A stretch of DNA of 63,973 bases, counting the filler, from Vannella sp. (Eukaryota), in assembly GCA_023345925.1 (NCBI GenBank). It is 9 parts of 9 records of this genome, joined end to end, with 100 filler letters (N's around TTAATTAATTAA, not from the genome) between each part and the next. Parts side by side here need not be neighbours in the genome. Positions count along the whole stretch, not along the records: positions 41,815 to 55,449 come from JAJQQN010000820.1; positions 55,550 to 61,973 come from JAJQQN010000163.1; 7 more parts are not named here. One strand, 5' to 3'. The notes under the pieces were generated by a model. That model saw only the letters and a list, made by a program, of their open reading frames with translations, made no database searches and was not told the origin of the DNA. This document shows, one piece after another, positions 47,820 to 59,892 of this stretch. A program made the translations under genes and the position numbers. The first letter of the stretch is position 1, and each line of letters begins with the position of its first letter.

Positions 47820-49025
47820 ATGCCACCTCGCCCATCGAAGGTTAAGGAGGAGGTGGGAGAGAAAGCGGACACTCTAGAGAAGACTGTGTTGAGTATTCTC
47901 ATCTCCAGTAACTTACGGGAGGTCACTGCCGCTGGCTTGCGAACGCGCCTTGAGACGGAGACGGGGAAGTCTTTTTCTTCTCCTGAAGATCGATTGCTTC
48001 TTCGTCAGTTGATCAGCAGATCTTTCAGGGAGCACTCAAGCAAGTTCTCTTCCTACACAGCGAAGAAGAAGAAGGCGAGTAGCGCCGCATCCCCACAGGC
48101 TCCTGCCAAAGCGAAGGTCGCAGCAAAAAAGAAGTCTGTGGCGTCCCCAAAGAAGAGCGCAGAGGGAACTAAGAAGCCTCGCAAACCTCAGCACTGTGTT
48201 GTGTCTCCTGAACTGCAAGCCATCGTTAAGGTACAGGAAGGAGAGCGCCAGGAGATAAGCAAGTTACTGTGGGAGTACATTCGAAGCCAGGGCCTGCAGA
48301 AGGCGGAGAAGAAGTCCCTGATCGTATGTGATGACCTCATGAAAGCTGTCTGCGACGGAGAGGACTGCATCAACACTCTACATGTGATTAAGCATCTCAA
48401 CCGCAATCTCACTCGCACGGAGGGAGAAGTGGCTAAAGATAGGCCAGCAAAGAAGTCTCGCGCACCCCAAATGGTCAGCGTCTCTGCCGAACTCCAGAAG
48501 ATTGTTGCGGTCGAGAAGGGAGACCGAGAGGAGATCAGAAGCCTAATGTGGGATTACATCCGTACGAATGGGCTTCAGGATGAGAAGAACAAGAAAGAGA
48601 TCATCTGTGACGCTCTTCTGTCTTCTTTGTGCGAAGGAAAGAAGCGTGTTGGCATTCTCGAGGTCACCCGCATCCTCAACCGTCATTTGACCAATGAAGG
48701 TACAACGAAGACCTCTAAGGCTCCCAAAGCTTCGAAGGCGAAGAAGGAAGAGCCCTCGGATACAGAAGGAAGTGACAACGAGCCAGAGGAAGAAGAGATG
48801 GCCATCGATTCAGAAACGGAGGAGAGTGAGAATGATGATGATGGCGTGGACGACTCCTGGGGAGCCACCACTGGCAAGGGAAGCCTCTCAAAGAGCAAAC
48901 CGAAGACCCAACCCAAGCCCAAGGCTCCCTTAAAGAAAGCGCCGACCAAAGCCAAGGCCAAGCCCAAACGAAAGAGAGAAGAGAGCGACGATGATAGCGA
49001 GGACGACTTTGTGCAGCGCAAGTGA
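47820..49025 (+). CDS. DEK-C plus two SWIB/MDM2 domains (UAF30/Spp27-like)
   Basis: Two VSxELQxIV..WxYIR..GLQ..IxCD motifs. Confidence 0.88.
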   Translation: MPPRPSKVKEEVGEKADTLEKTVLSILISSNLREVTAAGLRTRLETETGKSFSSPEDRLLLRQLISRSFREHSSKFSSYTAKKKKASSAASPQAPAKAKVAAKKKSVASPKKSAEGTKKPRKPQHCVVSPELQAIVKVQEGERQEISKLLWEYIRSQGLQKAEKKSLIVCDDLMKAVCDGEDCINTLHVIKHLNRNLTRTEGEVAKDRPAKKSRAPQMVSVSAELQKIVAVEKGDREEIRSLMWDYIRTNGLQDEKNKKEIICDALLSSLCEGKKRVGILEVTRILNRHLTNEGTTKTSKAPKASKAKKEEPSDTEGSDNEPEEEEMAIDSETEESENDDDGVDDSWGATTGKGSLSKSKPKTQPKPKAPLKKAPTKAKAKPKRKREESDDDSEDDFVQRK

Positions 49026-49094
49026 TACATACACCAGACAGTACCTCCAAGCAATCGCTCCTCGTGGGAAGGGCGAGTCCGTGAATGTGTGAGT

Positions 49095-50796
49095 TTAGAG
49101 CATTGTGGAGAGGTAGTTGGCTATTTGCTTGGGGCGTCCATGGCACACCTGGTAGATGTATTGCTCTGTGATGATGGTAGGGGCTGACAGGGAGTGAGCG
49201 GAGATGGGAGGCGGGGAGAGAGAGCTTACAGTAGAGCAAGTCACCCGAATTCTGGAAGCGGTTAAGACGGTTGCGGTACTCATCGTAGCTGTAGGTGGGG
49301 ATGGTCATGGAGCATTCAGCAAAGAGCTTCTCTCCAATCTGTTTGTGGAACGATTTGGGGGATCGTCGCGTGGTGAGAGCGCCAAGGAAGGTCCCATTCA
49401 CCTGTCATGCTCCTTGTGAGTAGTCTGCACTCCAACTGGGCGGGTTGCGCTCACCATGGTGGTTTTCTCGGGTCTGTTCAGAGCACGAAGGACGGAGATC
49501 TCGGATCCATCCACCCAATGGATCTTGGGCTCTCGCAACTTGACTGGTTTCATGAATCCGGTGTTTCCCATCAAGCAGTTGAGGTCATCGACAGCAATCA
49601 GCACGGGATATCTTACCAAGAGTAGTTAGGCCCTTGATCAAGCGACACGGGGGAGTACTCACTCAGTGACAGCATCCAATTCGTCACGGACGGCCACAAA
49701 GACCTCACTGGGGTTGTCACAAGTGATCCCAAAGTCAACTAGATCGAGGAGTGTGGTGTTCTTTGTCTGGGACTGGCTAAAGGCAGCCAATTCCTCAAGT
49801 CGAGGGAGGGATCCACGGATCTTGATCTTAGCAAGCTTGTCGTGGTGGCTGCGGCGGAAGTTCTCTAGCAAGACAACAGCTCCTTCATGGAGATCATAGA
49901 TCCACTTGCGCGTCTTTGAGGGCTTCACTCGGTACTTTGACACCAAACTGTAAGCTAGGAGAGCGGTGAGGAAGGATCATTTGGTGAGGTATCAAAGATA
50001 CTGACCATCAGGGACATAGAGAGTGAGCCATCCTGTAGCCCGGGCGAACAACACTGAATGGGCCAGCGCGATACTCTTGCCCGTACCATTAAGCCCGTCA
50101 ATGAAGATAGGACGAGTTCCTTTGCTTTGCAAGAAGCCATTCTCTCGCTGTGCCGCCAGCTCCTTCATGATATCCATGTAGTGGGTACGACACATCGTCT
50201 CCCGCTTGCGAATCCAATCAAACTCAAACTCATCAATGCGACCAGGCCAGCCTTCCGACAAGTACTTGTCCTTCACCACATCAGTGAACTCAATGAACCC
50301 ATTCGTCTCGTATCGTTGGTCCTGGGGGACGAGTGAGAATGATCGGGCAAAGCATGAAGGGAGGAATATACTTCAACGTTAAAGCGGATGTCGCCTCGTT
50401 GCTGTTGTTCACGTAAGAGGTCTTCTGCAGACTTTCCCGATGCCACATCGTAGACGCTCTCGGAGTTGATTTGTTCCATGAACTCTCCAAGCTCCAGCTT
50501 GCCGGTCTTCATCTTTCCAAGGTAATAGAACCGATCAAAGAACTCTTTCTCGTATCCGCGAACGTTACGGCTCTTCTGGGCGTCTCCGAGTAGTCCAGTA
50601 TCCCCAGAGTCGGTGTCCGACAACTCCTCCACAGAGGATGAAGGATCCACGTCAGAGGAAAAGAGGCGTGAGGCCGCCACTCCCGTTCTCCCACTCGCAG
50701 ACCACTACATCCTATCAGCTACCCACACTTCAGACGGCGATATTCACCTACAGCACGGACGCCCGAGCGAAGCACTGCTCTCCCCACCAAGCTCAT
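49095..50796 (-). CDS. DAP3: Mitochondrial ribosomal protein mS29/DAP3 (multi-exon)
   Basis: IDGLNGTGKSIALAH..GWLTLYVP and YPVLIAVDDLN; mitochondrial presequence. Confidence 0.85.
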
Positions 50797-50891
50797 CGAG
50801 AGGATTCAAAATGACCCAAACTGCTCGAATCCACCAGCACCTTCGTTTGCAATTCAATTATATTACATTTTACAAGGGTTTGAGCAACTCC

Positions 50892-51322
50892 TTAGTTGAT
50901 GGTTTCTCCAGCGGGTTGATGGAGGAAGCTAAGGGCGTCTCGGATCTGTTGGTGGACGTGTTGGATGGTCATGAGAGCCAGTTGGTGGTCAATCTTGGCT
51001 TTGGAGTTGCTGTGAAGGGTGGGGACGGAGCTGACGGTCACGCTGATCTCCTGTCGAATGCAGTCACTGGCGGTCTAGATGAGGTTAGGATGGCTTTGGA
51101 AGCATTGGGAGTGCCACTCTCACCTGCATATGCCTTGCTATCTCAAGAATAAGCTCTTTCAGTTCCTCCGCCTCTCTCTCTTGTGAAAGACCCTCAAACA
51201 GTTGGCTGATGACCTCCACCATCTCCACAATCGCCTACATCACCCATCAATCACCTTTCCCCCACCCCAAACCTCTCCGTCCCCCTCACCATCTCCGCCA
51301 CTTGCAAAGGGTCCTGGGCCAT
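50892..51322 (-). CDS. Small helical protein, Mediator subunit MED11-like (3 exons, absent from the ORF track)
   Basis: Manual splicing gives MAQDPLQVAEM|AIVEMVEVISQLFEGLSQE..IARHMQ|TASDCIRQEI..KIDHQLALMTIQHV..ETIN*. The MED11 identity is by recalled pattern only. Confidence 0.55.
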
Positions 51323-51511
51323 TACAAAATGATGCGAAATCAATTAAAATAGCATTTTCTATGAAAGGGAACTTATTTTAGGCGTGGGAGAGCCATTCCT
51401 GCTTGTGCTTGTGAGGTGAGTTGGCAAGCTACCAGGGGCTGCTCCCTTGGTTTGCCTCAGCGTGTTAATCAGAGGTGGCTGGTAGGAGACGAGCCAGCAC
51501 GTGGGTTGCTC

Positions 51512-53394
51512 ATGACACATCCAACCGGAGCAAGACCAGGTAAGTTTCGCTTGTCGTCAAGGAGAGAGTGGGAGGTGACTGGGAAGGGGTTGATAGAGGT
51601 TTATGCGATAGCTGTCACAGCCTATGAAGCAAAGAGGCCAGCAGAGCTGTCTTTAAACGTGGGAGACCGCGTAAAGGTGTCGAAGCAAGGAGAGACAAAC
51701 TGGATCGGGTCTTTGAACGGCAAAGTCGGCAGCTTCCCCGCTGCTTGCATGGAGATTGAACCAGCGGGTGTTTCCGCGATCACACAGACTCAGGAAGGCC
51801 GTGCTTCTTCGTCGTACGTTCCCTCAACTCCTGTAAAGAAGGTCAATGCGGTCCGCGCCAAGTCTGGCTATGCTAGCAATGGAATAGGACTTCCACCTCC
51901 AACGTTGGTAGCAAGGGCGGGGTTGCCACCTCCTCTCACCAGCGTGATGGCCAAACCACTTCCCAACTCTGATACTAACGCCCCTGTCCCTCCTCCGCGC
52001 TCTCCTCGGCGGATCCTCACACTCGCTGATCTACCTTCCATCCCTCCACGGCCTGTAGGTCTTCAAACCACTGCTTCGGAGCCCACTCTCCCGCAAGGGC
52101 CAAGAAAGCGAACGCAAGAGGAACTGCGCAAGGAGTGCATCACAGAGATCTACCAGACCGAGAAGGACTACATCCTCGACTTGGAAATGATGATTGATGT
52201 ACGCGCGCCGCTCTCCTGTGCGCGGAAGCCTTACCAACGGGTCGGGGCAGGTGTTCATCTTCCCTTTACGGACGATGGGTGTGGTACCTGAGCAAGTGTT
52301 GTACAGTATCTTCTCTAACGTGGAGGTGCTCATCAACTGCAACAAAGAGATGCTCCGGAACCTAGAGGAGGTGATGAATGTGGACCCCAACGTGGATGTC
52401 CATATTGGGGACGTCTTTACCAAGCTTGTGAGCTGCTCACACACCAGGGGAGAAGGCTCTGACATGAGGGTGGGCAGGCGGACTACTTTAAGATGTACAA
52501 GGTCTTCTGTGCGAACCAGCAAAACTCTTTGGCGGCTGTGGACCAGCACAGTAAGAAGAACCCGCAGTTCAAGAAGAACTTGGATGTTTGCCACAGCGAC
52601 CCTCGATGCCGCGGGCTGTTCCTGCAAAGCTTCCTCATCAAGCCCATCCAGCGCGTCTGTAAATACCCTTTGCTGCTGCGAGTGCGTCCCCTCGCCCTTG
52701 TCAGAGAGCCCCCACTGATCGTGACTGGCAGGAGTTGATCCGGTACACACCAGAAGACCATGCGGACTTCCAACCTCTTCAGAATGCCTTCAGCAAGATC
52801 AACGAAGTCGTTGCCAACATCAACGAAGGCCAGCGCCAGGCAGAGGGGCTGATGCGCATCATCGATCTCCAGTCACAGATCGAAGGCATTGATGTACGTT
52901 ACCCTCCTTGGGAGACCCGCAGTGGCTCACACTCTCCAGACTTTGGTGGCGCCCAACCGTAATCTTCAGAAGGAGGGCGATCTGAACTTCTACAAGACTG
53001 CCAAGAGCAAGAACGAGAAGCGCCATGTCTTCTTCTTTAGTGACATGATCATGCTCACCATCCGCAAGGGGGAGAAGAAGTTTGAGCACAAACTTTCTAT
53101 TTCCTTCGAGGACTGTACTCTTACCGTCCTCGCAGACTCTTCCAGTAGGTTCCAACCCAGTGTAGGGACTCTCTCTAACTATTGAGCTATTCAGCCATCA
53201 AGAACTCGTTCGAGTTGGAGCAGGGGGAGAAGAAGCACCGAGTCAAATGCATTCTTGGCTGCGATACTCCCAAGGAGTGCAACGAGTGGGTCAAGAACAT
53301 CAAGGGCCTGATAAAGGAGTACCAAAAGCGCAAGTTCACCGAACTCAAGAAGCTCCAAGACCAAGGACTCACACCAATCACCCCTGTCGAGTAA
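51512..53394 (+). CDS. SH3-DH-PH RhoGEF (multi-exon)
   Basis: SH3 (YEAKRPAELSLNVGD..W.G..GSFP), DH (EIYQTEKDYILDL, SFLIKPIQRVCKYPLLL) and PH (RHVFFFSDMIML). Confidence 0.95.
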
Positions 53395-53503
53395 CCTGAC
53401 CTCTCCGTTCTCCTCGACCCCTTCTCCGCCGTGCTGGTGGAGTGGTTTTTGAACATTGTTCTCTTCTGAATGGCTCGCTTTCACTTCTCTTCTCGCTCGT
53501 CGG

Positions 53504-54657
53504 ATGGAGACTCGCTTGATCGAGGACTTTGACGTCCTCGAGATGGTTGGGGAGGGCTCTGTGGGAGTGGTTTGCCGTGCCACTGAGCGTGCAACAGGTC
53601 AGATGTTCGCTATCAAGCAGCTGCGGAAGGAAAGTCTCATTCGCTTCAAGCAAGTGGAGAGCGTGAGGAGGGAAAAGGACGTTCTCTTTGCTTTGCGGCG
53701 GTCTTCACCCTTCATTGTTGAGCTGTTCTATACCTTTCAAGATCGCAGTCATTTGTGTATGTACTAGAGGAGTCGCTCTGCTCCATCCTCATCACAGAGA
53801 GCAGACTTTGTCATGGAATGGTTAGAGGGAGGAGATCTGCTCCAGGCCATCAAGCTACGAGGTCCCTTAAGCGAGAAAACAGTCATATACATCGCCTCAG
53901 AGCTCCTCTCGGCTCTGGAAACGCTTCAGAAGCATGTCAGTACCAATCCCATCATAATCTGGCTCTTACCTTCGAGTAGAACGTTGTTCACCGCGACATT
54001 AAGCCTGAGAACATCCTGCTAGATACCTCTCCTACCTCTGATAGCGTCCACATCCGCCTTATCGACTTTGGATCGGCACGTCGTTTGGAGTCTCCCGGTC
54101 AGAACGTTCGAGAGTTCGTAGGAACAGCCAACTTCCTGCCTCCGGAGGCCTTTAGCACCGCTGGGAGTGGAACAGCGTGAGTAACGTTGGAGGGGGTGCA
54201 GAGGACTCGACTGACACGCGTGAATGTCGAAAGAGGGGATCTTTGGTCTTTGGGATGTACTATCTACCAGTTAGCGTTTGGCCAGCGTGCGTTTGATGGT
54301 GCTTCTGAGTACCTGATCTTTCAGAAGATCAAACAGGTGCAGGTCAGCGAGGAGGAGGGGACTTTGGGAGTTTTTATTCCTTCCGGATGTTCGGAGGAGC
54401 TGCGTTCGTTCCTTCTATCCCTCTTGGTACGTAGCAAGAGACGTAGACTAGAACTAACTACTCATCAGCATCCCGATCCCAGCCTGCGAGCTACTGTGAA
54501 GCAGGCCAAGGAAAATTCCCTTTTCCAAGGGATAGACTGGGAAGCCTCTGCAAGGAAGGAGTTACATTACTCTCTGGAGCACTCAGCTTCTCTATTTGAG
54601 TTCCCTCCTTCGGAAGAGGACAGCGAATCAGAAACTGCTGCAGAGGAAGATGACTAA
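53504..54657 (+). CDS. AGC-group Ser/Thr kinase, PDK1-like (multi-exon)
   Basis: [47 protein letters not shown] and SEYLIFQKI motifs. Confidence 0.88.
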
Positions 54658-54882
54658 ACCAAACCGATTAGAACGCACCTTTCTTCTTTCTTCTTTCTTC
54701 TTTCTTCTTTCCTTCCCATCGACAGGACCGACTTGCAGATGGCAGCGATGTTCCCGTCTCCAATCATTGGGCTTTTGGAAGAACGAATCTCTCAAGTTGG
54801 GTTTCACTGGAAGCCATCGAGCGAGTCCACTTGGTTTAGGGGCCTTTATTCACTCCAGAGGGCTCTTCCTTCCTCCTTCCGG

Positions 54883-55449
54883 TCATACCAAGAGCCCCTT
54901 CCAAGCAGGACCACAAAGGAAGTGGGCATTCTTCTTTGAGCTCCTGCTGGTGAATGAATGAGGGAGAGCGGGCTGGACAGGGCAAAGCGTGGGAGTGACC
55001 CAAAAGGAATCGGTCGCGTGGTTGAGTCCGAGTTCTCCATCAAAGTTGGGTCCGAAGACCAGCAGGCCGCCTTCCTGTGGGAACGCCAATGAATGAAATC
55101 CACCAGCGAGCAGGGCGCTCATTCCTTTCAACGAGGGCACCAGAGCGGCTTTGGGCTGATTGGAAGTGTTCCCCATCCCCAATTGCCCTTCTTCACCCCT
55201 TCCCCAGGTCCAGATGCCGCCGCTCTCGTCCAGGGCGAGAGTGTGACCCCATCCGCACGAGACGCCAAGCATGGGAGGGATGTTCTTGATTCGCTGAAGC
55301 TTCGTTTCATCACCAAAAGAGCGCCCCAGTTCGCCAAAGGAGTTGTATCCAGAAGAGAAGACGCCTCCTTGCGAGTCGACGATCATCACACCTTGTGAGA
55401 GGGCAGAGAGGCATCGAAGAGGTCCTTCAGAGCGCTCTTCCACTTGGAC
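54883..55449 (-). CDS. RCC1-repeat protein, 5' partial
   Basis: Third paralogue: EGPLRCL..DSQGGVFS..GGFHSLAFP..QPALPHSF. Confidence 0.9.
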   Translation of the reverse strand, partial: VQVEERSEGPLRCLSALSQGVMIVDSQGGVFSSGYNSFGELGRSFGDETKLQRIKNIPPMLGVSCGWGHTLALDESGGIWTWGRGEEGQLGMGNTSNQPKAALVPSLKGMSALLAGGFHSLAFPQEGGLLVFGPNFDGELGLNHATDSFWVTPTLCPVQPALPHSFTSRSSKKNAHFLCGPAWKGLLV

Positions 55450-55549
55450 NNNNNNNNNNNNNNNNNNNNNNNNNNNNNNNNNNNNNNNNNNNNTTAATTA
55501 ATTAANNNNNNNNNNNNNNNNNNNNNNNNNNNNNNNNNNNNNNNNNNNN

Positions 55550-58500
55550 CTGGTCAGAAGCTGAAGCGCCAGCCAATTGTACAATCTCCCCAGACTGGAT
55601 GGGCATTGCCATTTCGCTCAATGAAGGCTGATTGACCAGGATTGTGAATGGGATTGCATTGTTGATATCTGAGTACAGAACTGAGACAACGAATTCGCTC
55701 GAAATTAAAGTAGTAGCAAAGTTATCATTGAACTCATAAACTGATAAGCAAGTATTGCAATTAATATCCATAAAGTAGGCAACTAATCTTTGCTGGTTGG
55801 GAGACTTGGATGAAATTGTGATACTGGCGGAGGAGCTGTATGGACCAGAGTAGCGGAAAGTTTGGATGAAATTAAAGTTTGAAACCGCGCATTCTCCAAT
55901 TGAAGTGAGATTGGTCCACCAGGCTTCGGAGGGTTCAACAATAAATGGTACTTTGTTGGAGAGTACGACAGCATTGGAGCAGTTCGTGTTACTTCCGCGT
56001 GGACTGGTCCTGGTTATCAGCTGAAATGCTCCTGCAGCATTTTCATACCCATAGACTGCCAACAAGAGGATCGATTCAGCGGGAAACTGGTTCAATTGGA
56101 GGCGCAAGTTAGTAGAAGTACCACAACCTAACGAGTCATCTTTTTCGTGAAGGCAAAGCAAATTGTCACAGTTTCCCGCATAAATAGCGAGATAGGTGTC
56201 AAGTCCCGTCGTCCCACATGTGCTGAACGTCACAGATGCAGCAAACGGAGGCACAGTGAATTTGAAGAAAGAGACTGGAGACTGATAGGGATATCCGCAA
56301 AGCGGGTACTCAGATGCCAATGAGGGTGATCCGAGGGTAGTCGCATTAACGGTAGATCCAGGGAACACTTCGATAGCAGCTTCACAAGAGTTTCCAGTTG
56401 TCCGGGGAGTTACAAGAATTTGGAAGTCCGTCTCCACTCCTGAACCGATTGCGACCACAATGAGTAGCTTGCTATTTTGCAAGCCAGGAATGAGTTGAAG
56501 AGGACCTGAACAATCTGTGAATCCGGAAGTGAGGCAAACCAGATTACAGTTGGCCGTAGAGTTGTAAACTAGCACAGAAGCATTACCACTTGTATAACTT
56601 CCACAAGTGTCTATTTGAAAAGCCTCGGATCCCACATCAACTTCGAAGACCTCTGCAAACCAGTTGATACTAGAGAAGCCACAAGCTGGATACCCTGCAA
56701 GAGAATTGGATGCATTGGGAGATATGGTTCCCTCCCTGACTTGTCCCACTGTCAAGGAATTGGGTGATGAACAAGAAGAGCCAAAGGCAGGTCTCTCGGT
56801 AACCTTTAAGGAGAAAGGAGAGCTGGGGAAGAGGCTCTCTTCAAAGTGAGATTGCACACCGATGAAAAGCAGCGTCCCGATGGGAAAGCTGTTGTTAAGA
56901 TTGTAAACCAATCTACCTTGATTACCACATCCATACGAATTTGCGCCTAAGCATACTAGAGATGTGCAAGATCCAGAGAATAAGCTGACAGAGGTGACCT
57001 TAGAAGATCTGTCACATGTGCTGATGTCAACTCTCGAACTTGTGTTGGTGACAACGTAGTGAAAAAATTGGATTGGAAAGTCAAGGAACAGGGGAGACCC
57101 TTGCGTGTTTGGGATTGAAGGCAAATTTCTCAGAATGTTCGTTCCAAAGGGCATTCCTTGAACAATGTGTCCCTCTTGAATCGCAGTGGAATTCTCGCAA
57201 GGGGATAGGTCCTTTTCAATACCTTCGTATTGGTAACCCACTGTAAATTCACTCACTTGAAGTAGGAAAGGTCCTGTTTCTTGAGTAGCAGCAGTTACAA
57301 CAATCCAGATCTTCTGGCTTTCTGGTAAAATCGCAGTGGAGAGCTCGACACCAAAAGTGTTCAGAATCCTATTACTATCTAAAGTCTCAAGGGCACCACA
57401 TTCTCCTTTGAACAAGGTGATATTGACTGGCACGGGAGACCCACAAGTTGTGATGTGGAGGCCGCTTGCAGATCCCTTCACCTGATATTGGAAGACCTCC
57501 AAGGAGGTATTGGGGAAAAGTTCAGTGAAGAAGGTATCAGAGCTTGTCGAGGAGTTCGAAGTATTTCCTCCTTTTGGAATGCCAGGCTCCAAATGAACGG
57601 CAGAGGTGCAGACAGAACTTTGGGACTGGAGCGGAATCTCCGAGGCAATCAAATCTACGACACCTTGGGTGAGAACCACAACGTAAATGGAGGTTCCGTT
57701 AGGTTGGCCACTAATTTGTACCATGCATGAAGTCGTGCCAGTCTCGCAATGCGTACCACAATTCCCTGTATAAATGGCTAACCGCGGGGATCTGGAGATG
57801 CCATCGAGCAATCCAATAGGACAAGCGCTTATCACTAAAGAGTTGCTTGAGTTTGTGGAGAAATGAAATAGCGTCGCAATATCATTCGCTTGAGGCAAAG
57901 GAACGTTGGGTGATACGCAAGTGGGAAGATTAAACGATGAGAATGTTGAGCTTCCAACAGGACGCTGGTATCTGCGATTCAGTTCCAGAGACTCAGCCTT
58001 GCAAACAGTTGATTCGAGATTCTCCTCTTCAATCAATAACTCAAAGCGGGTTGCAGATTCGTTAGAATGGGAAACAAACAAAAGGATGTTAAAGCCTGCC
58101 GTGAAAGATGAAACTTGATCATTGGAACTGAACCAGCAGCCATCCTTCGGAGTTCCGATGGGATTTTCACAATCCACCCAAAAACTAACTTGTGGACGAC
58201 CAAGGGTATTGTGGCAAAGGGAAGCGGAGATGGTGCTACGAGGAAGGGTTGAAATGTATCTGTACCACAAACCTTGTCCGCCTCCGAGTCTTAGATCACC
58301 TCTGACAGTAATTCCGCTGGAGACTTGCAATGCACGAGAGCAGTCATCATTCTTGATTGAGATTGGACTGGCTTGGAAAGAGAAGTAGGGCGTCTGATCA
58401 TCATTTAAAAGCGGCACAAACAATGCGATGGTGACTTCTGTCCCGAGAGGTTCAGACACAACATCAATAAACTTTCCTGCGGAAAGATAACAATCTCTAG

Positions 58501-59662
58501 CCGCGAATGGTAGTAAGCACCGCAAATCAGAACATCCTCCTGTGTATAATGACAGAGAGGCAGTATTCCTTGTAGCAGTGGTGTTGAGGATATCACCAAC
58601 GCAAGTGGAAAATCGGGTGGGACCTTGTAAAGTGTGCTTGAAGAAGTTAACCGCTCCTGAATGCTGTGTGCAAGGAAGGGTTTTGGTATGATTAACCAAG
58701 AATCGTGTCGTAGAATATCCTTCGACATAAAGTGGGCCCAAAACCACCTCCAAAGCATCTTCACATTCCAAATTGGTATTCAAAGGAATCACTTCTGTGA
58801 CACTCAAACGCTCCACCTTTCCTACACGTGAAAGGCCTGTGACTACAGCAACCCACAAATCCTCTCCAGCAGAGAACGTGTGCTGGGGGAGTCTTGGATG
58901 AGAGTTTCCTCCTGGAAAATGGAAAATGGCACTCGAGCACACCGGTTGAGTGCAGCCGTTCCTGTAGAAGACCACAGAAGCTGGTACATCAAACTCCAGG
59001 GTTAGTGAAACGATGAGTTCCATGTGGTTCTCCCTTGGAACGAAGCGTCGTAAGAGGACAACTATGTCCCTCTCTGGGACACAGTTGGGGAGGCCGTACT
59101 CCGACACCAGGTGGGGTACATCGATGGACCTCGAGGTAGAAAGGATAGTACCATACATTGTAGCAATACTAGTGCAAAGAGGGACCTCCTGCACTTGGAG
59201 GGTGAAAGAAACAGCGCCCTCTCCGACTTCCTGAACGGAGATCAAGAAAGTAGTTAATACGTCAGGGGCAAGGGTCGACGTTACAACTAAACAGCGCGAG
59301 CTCTTCTCGGTATAGACAGTAGGGCACGTAACCGCGTTGCAAGAAGTGTCCGCTTCCAAGATCACAAGCGAAAGGCCCACGTTTGTCGTGTTACAAAGTG
59401 AGAAGCGAGTAGCAAGTGCCTTATGTGGAGGAGAGTACGAGAAGAAAGACGAAATAGCACTCTCATTGAACGTTTGGCAAAGAGTAAGGCCTAAAGGGAT
59501 CATCTCTTGTAACCCGCTCGTGTTACCGCTCAACAGAACCCCTCCCGCATTCGGCACTGCCGCCGAATCCGGGCACAAAGCGTAAATAGTTGACACCACG
59601 CAAGCGAGGAGCAGAAAGCGGCAAGTAGGTCGGTCAAGCATCCAAAGAGCTGTAGAAAACAT
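55550..59662 (-). CDS. Large secreted/surface Cys-rich repeat protein, 3' partial
   Basis: Signal peptide, then ~120-aa repeats with C..A..(L/V), (F/I)STC and (I/L)YxGxCxxLxC; no introns over 4.1 kb. Confidence 0.85.
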
Positions 59663-59892
59663 GACTTCAGAAGAACAGCTTTCAAATCCAGGCCCCGGAC
59701 CTCTGTTCAATAATTTATAACCCTATCATCCATTTATATAATTGAATAATCCTTTCCGAGATTGTGGGGAGCAACTTTTGGATCCGAACTTTCTTCGGAA
59801 AATTCCGTGCTCCCGCCACCAATTTTTCGAGGCTGTTGGTGATTTTGAGGTTTGATCCAACTTTTTGTTTATTATTTGGGGGTCTGGCCTTG

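Noticed and set aside
50613..51152. 179-aa plus-strand ORF
   Set aside because: It is antisense to DAP3 exons and the MED11-like gene and has no recognisable features.
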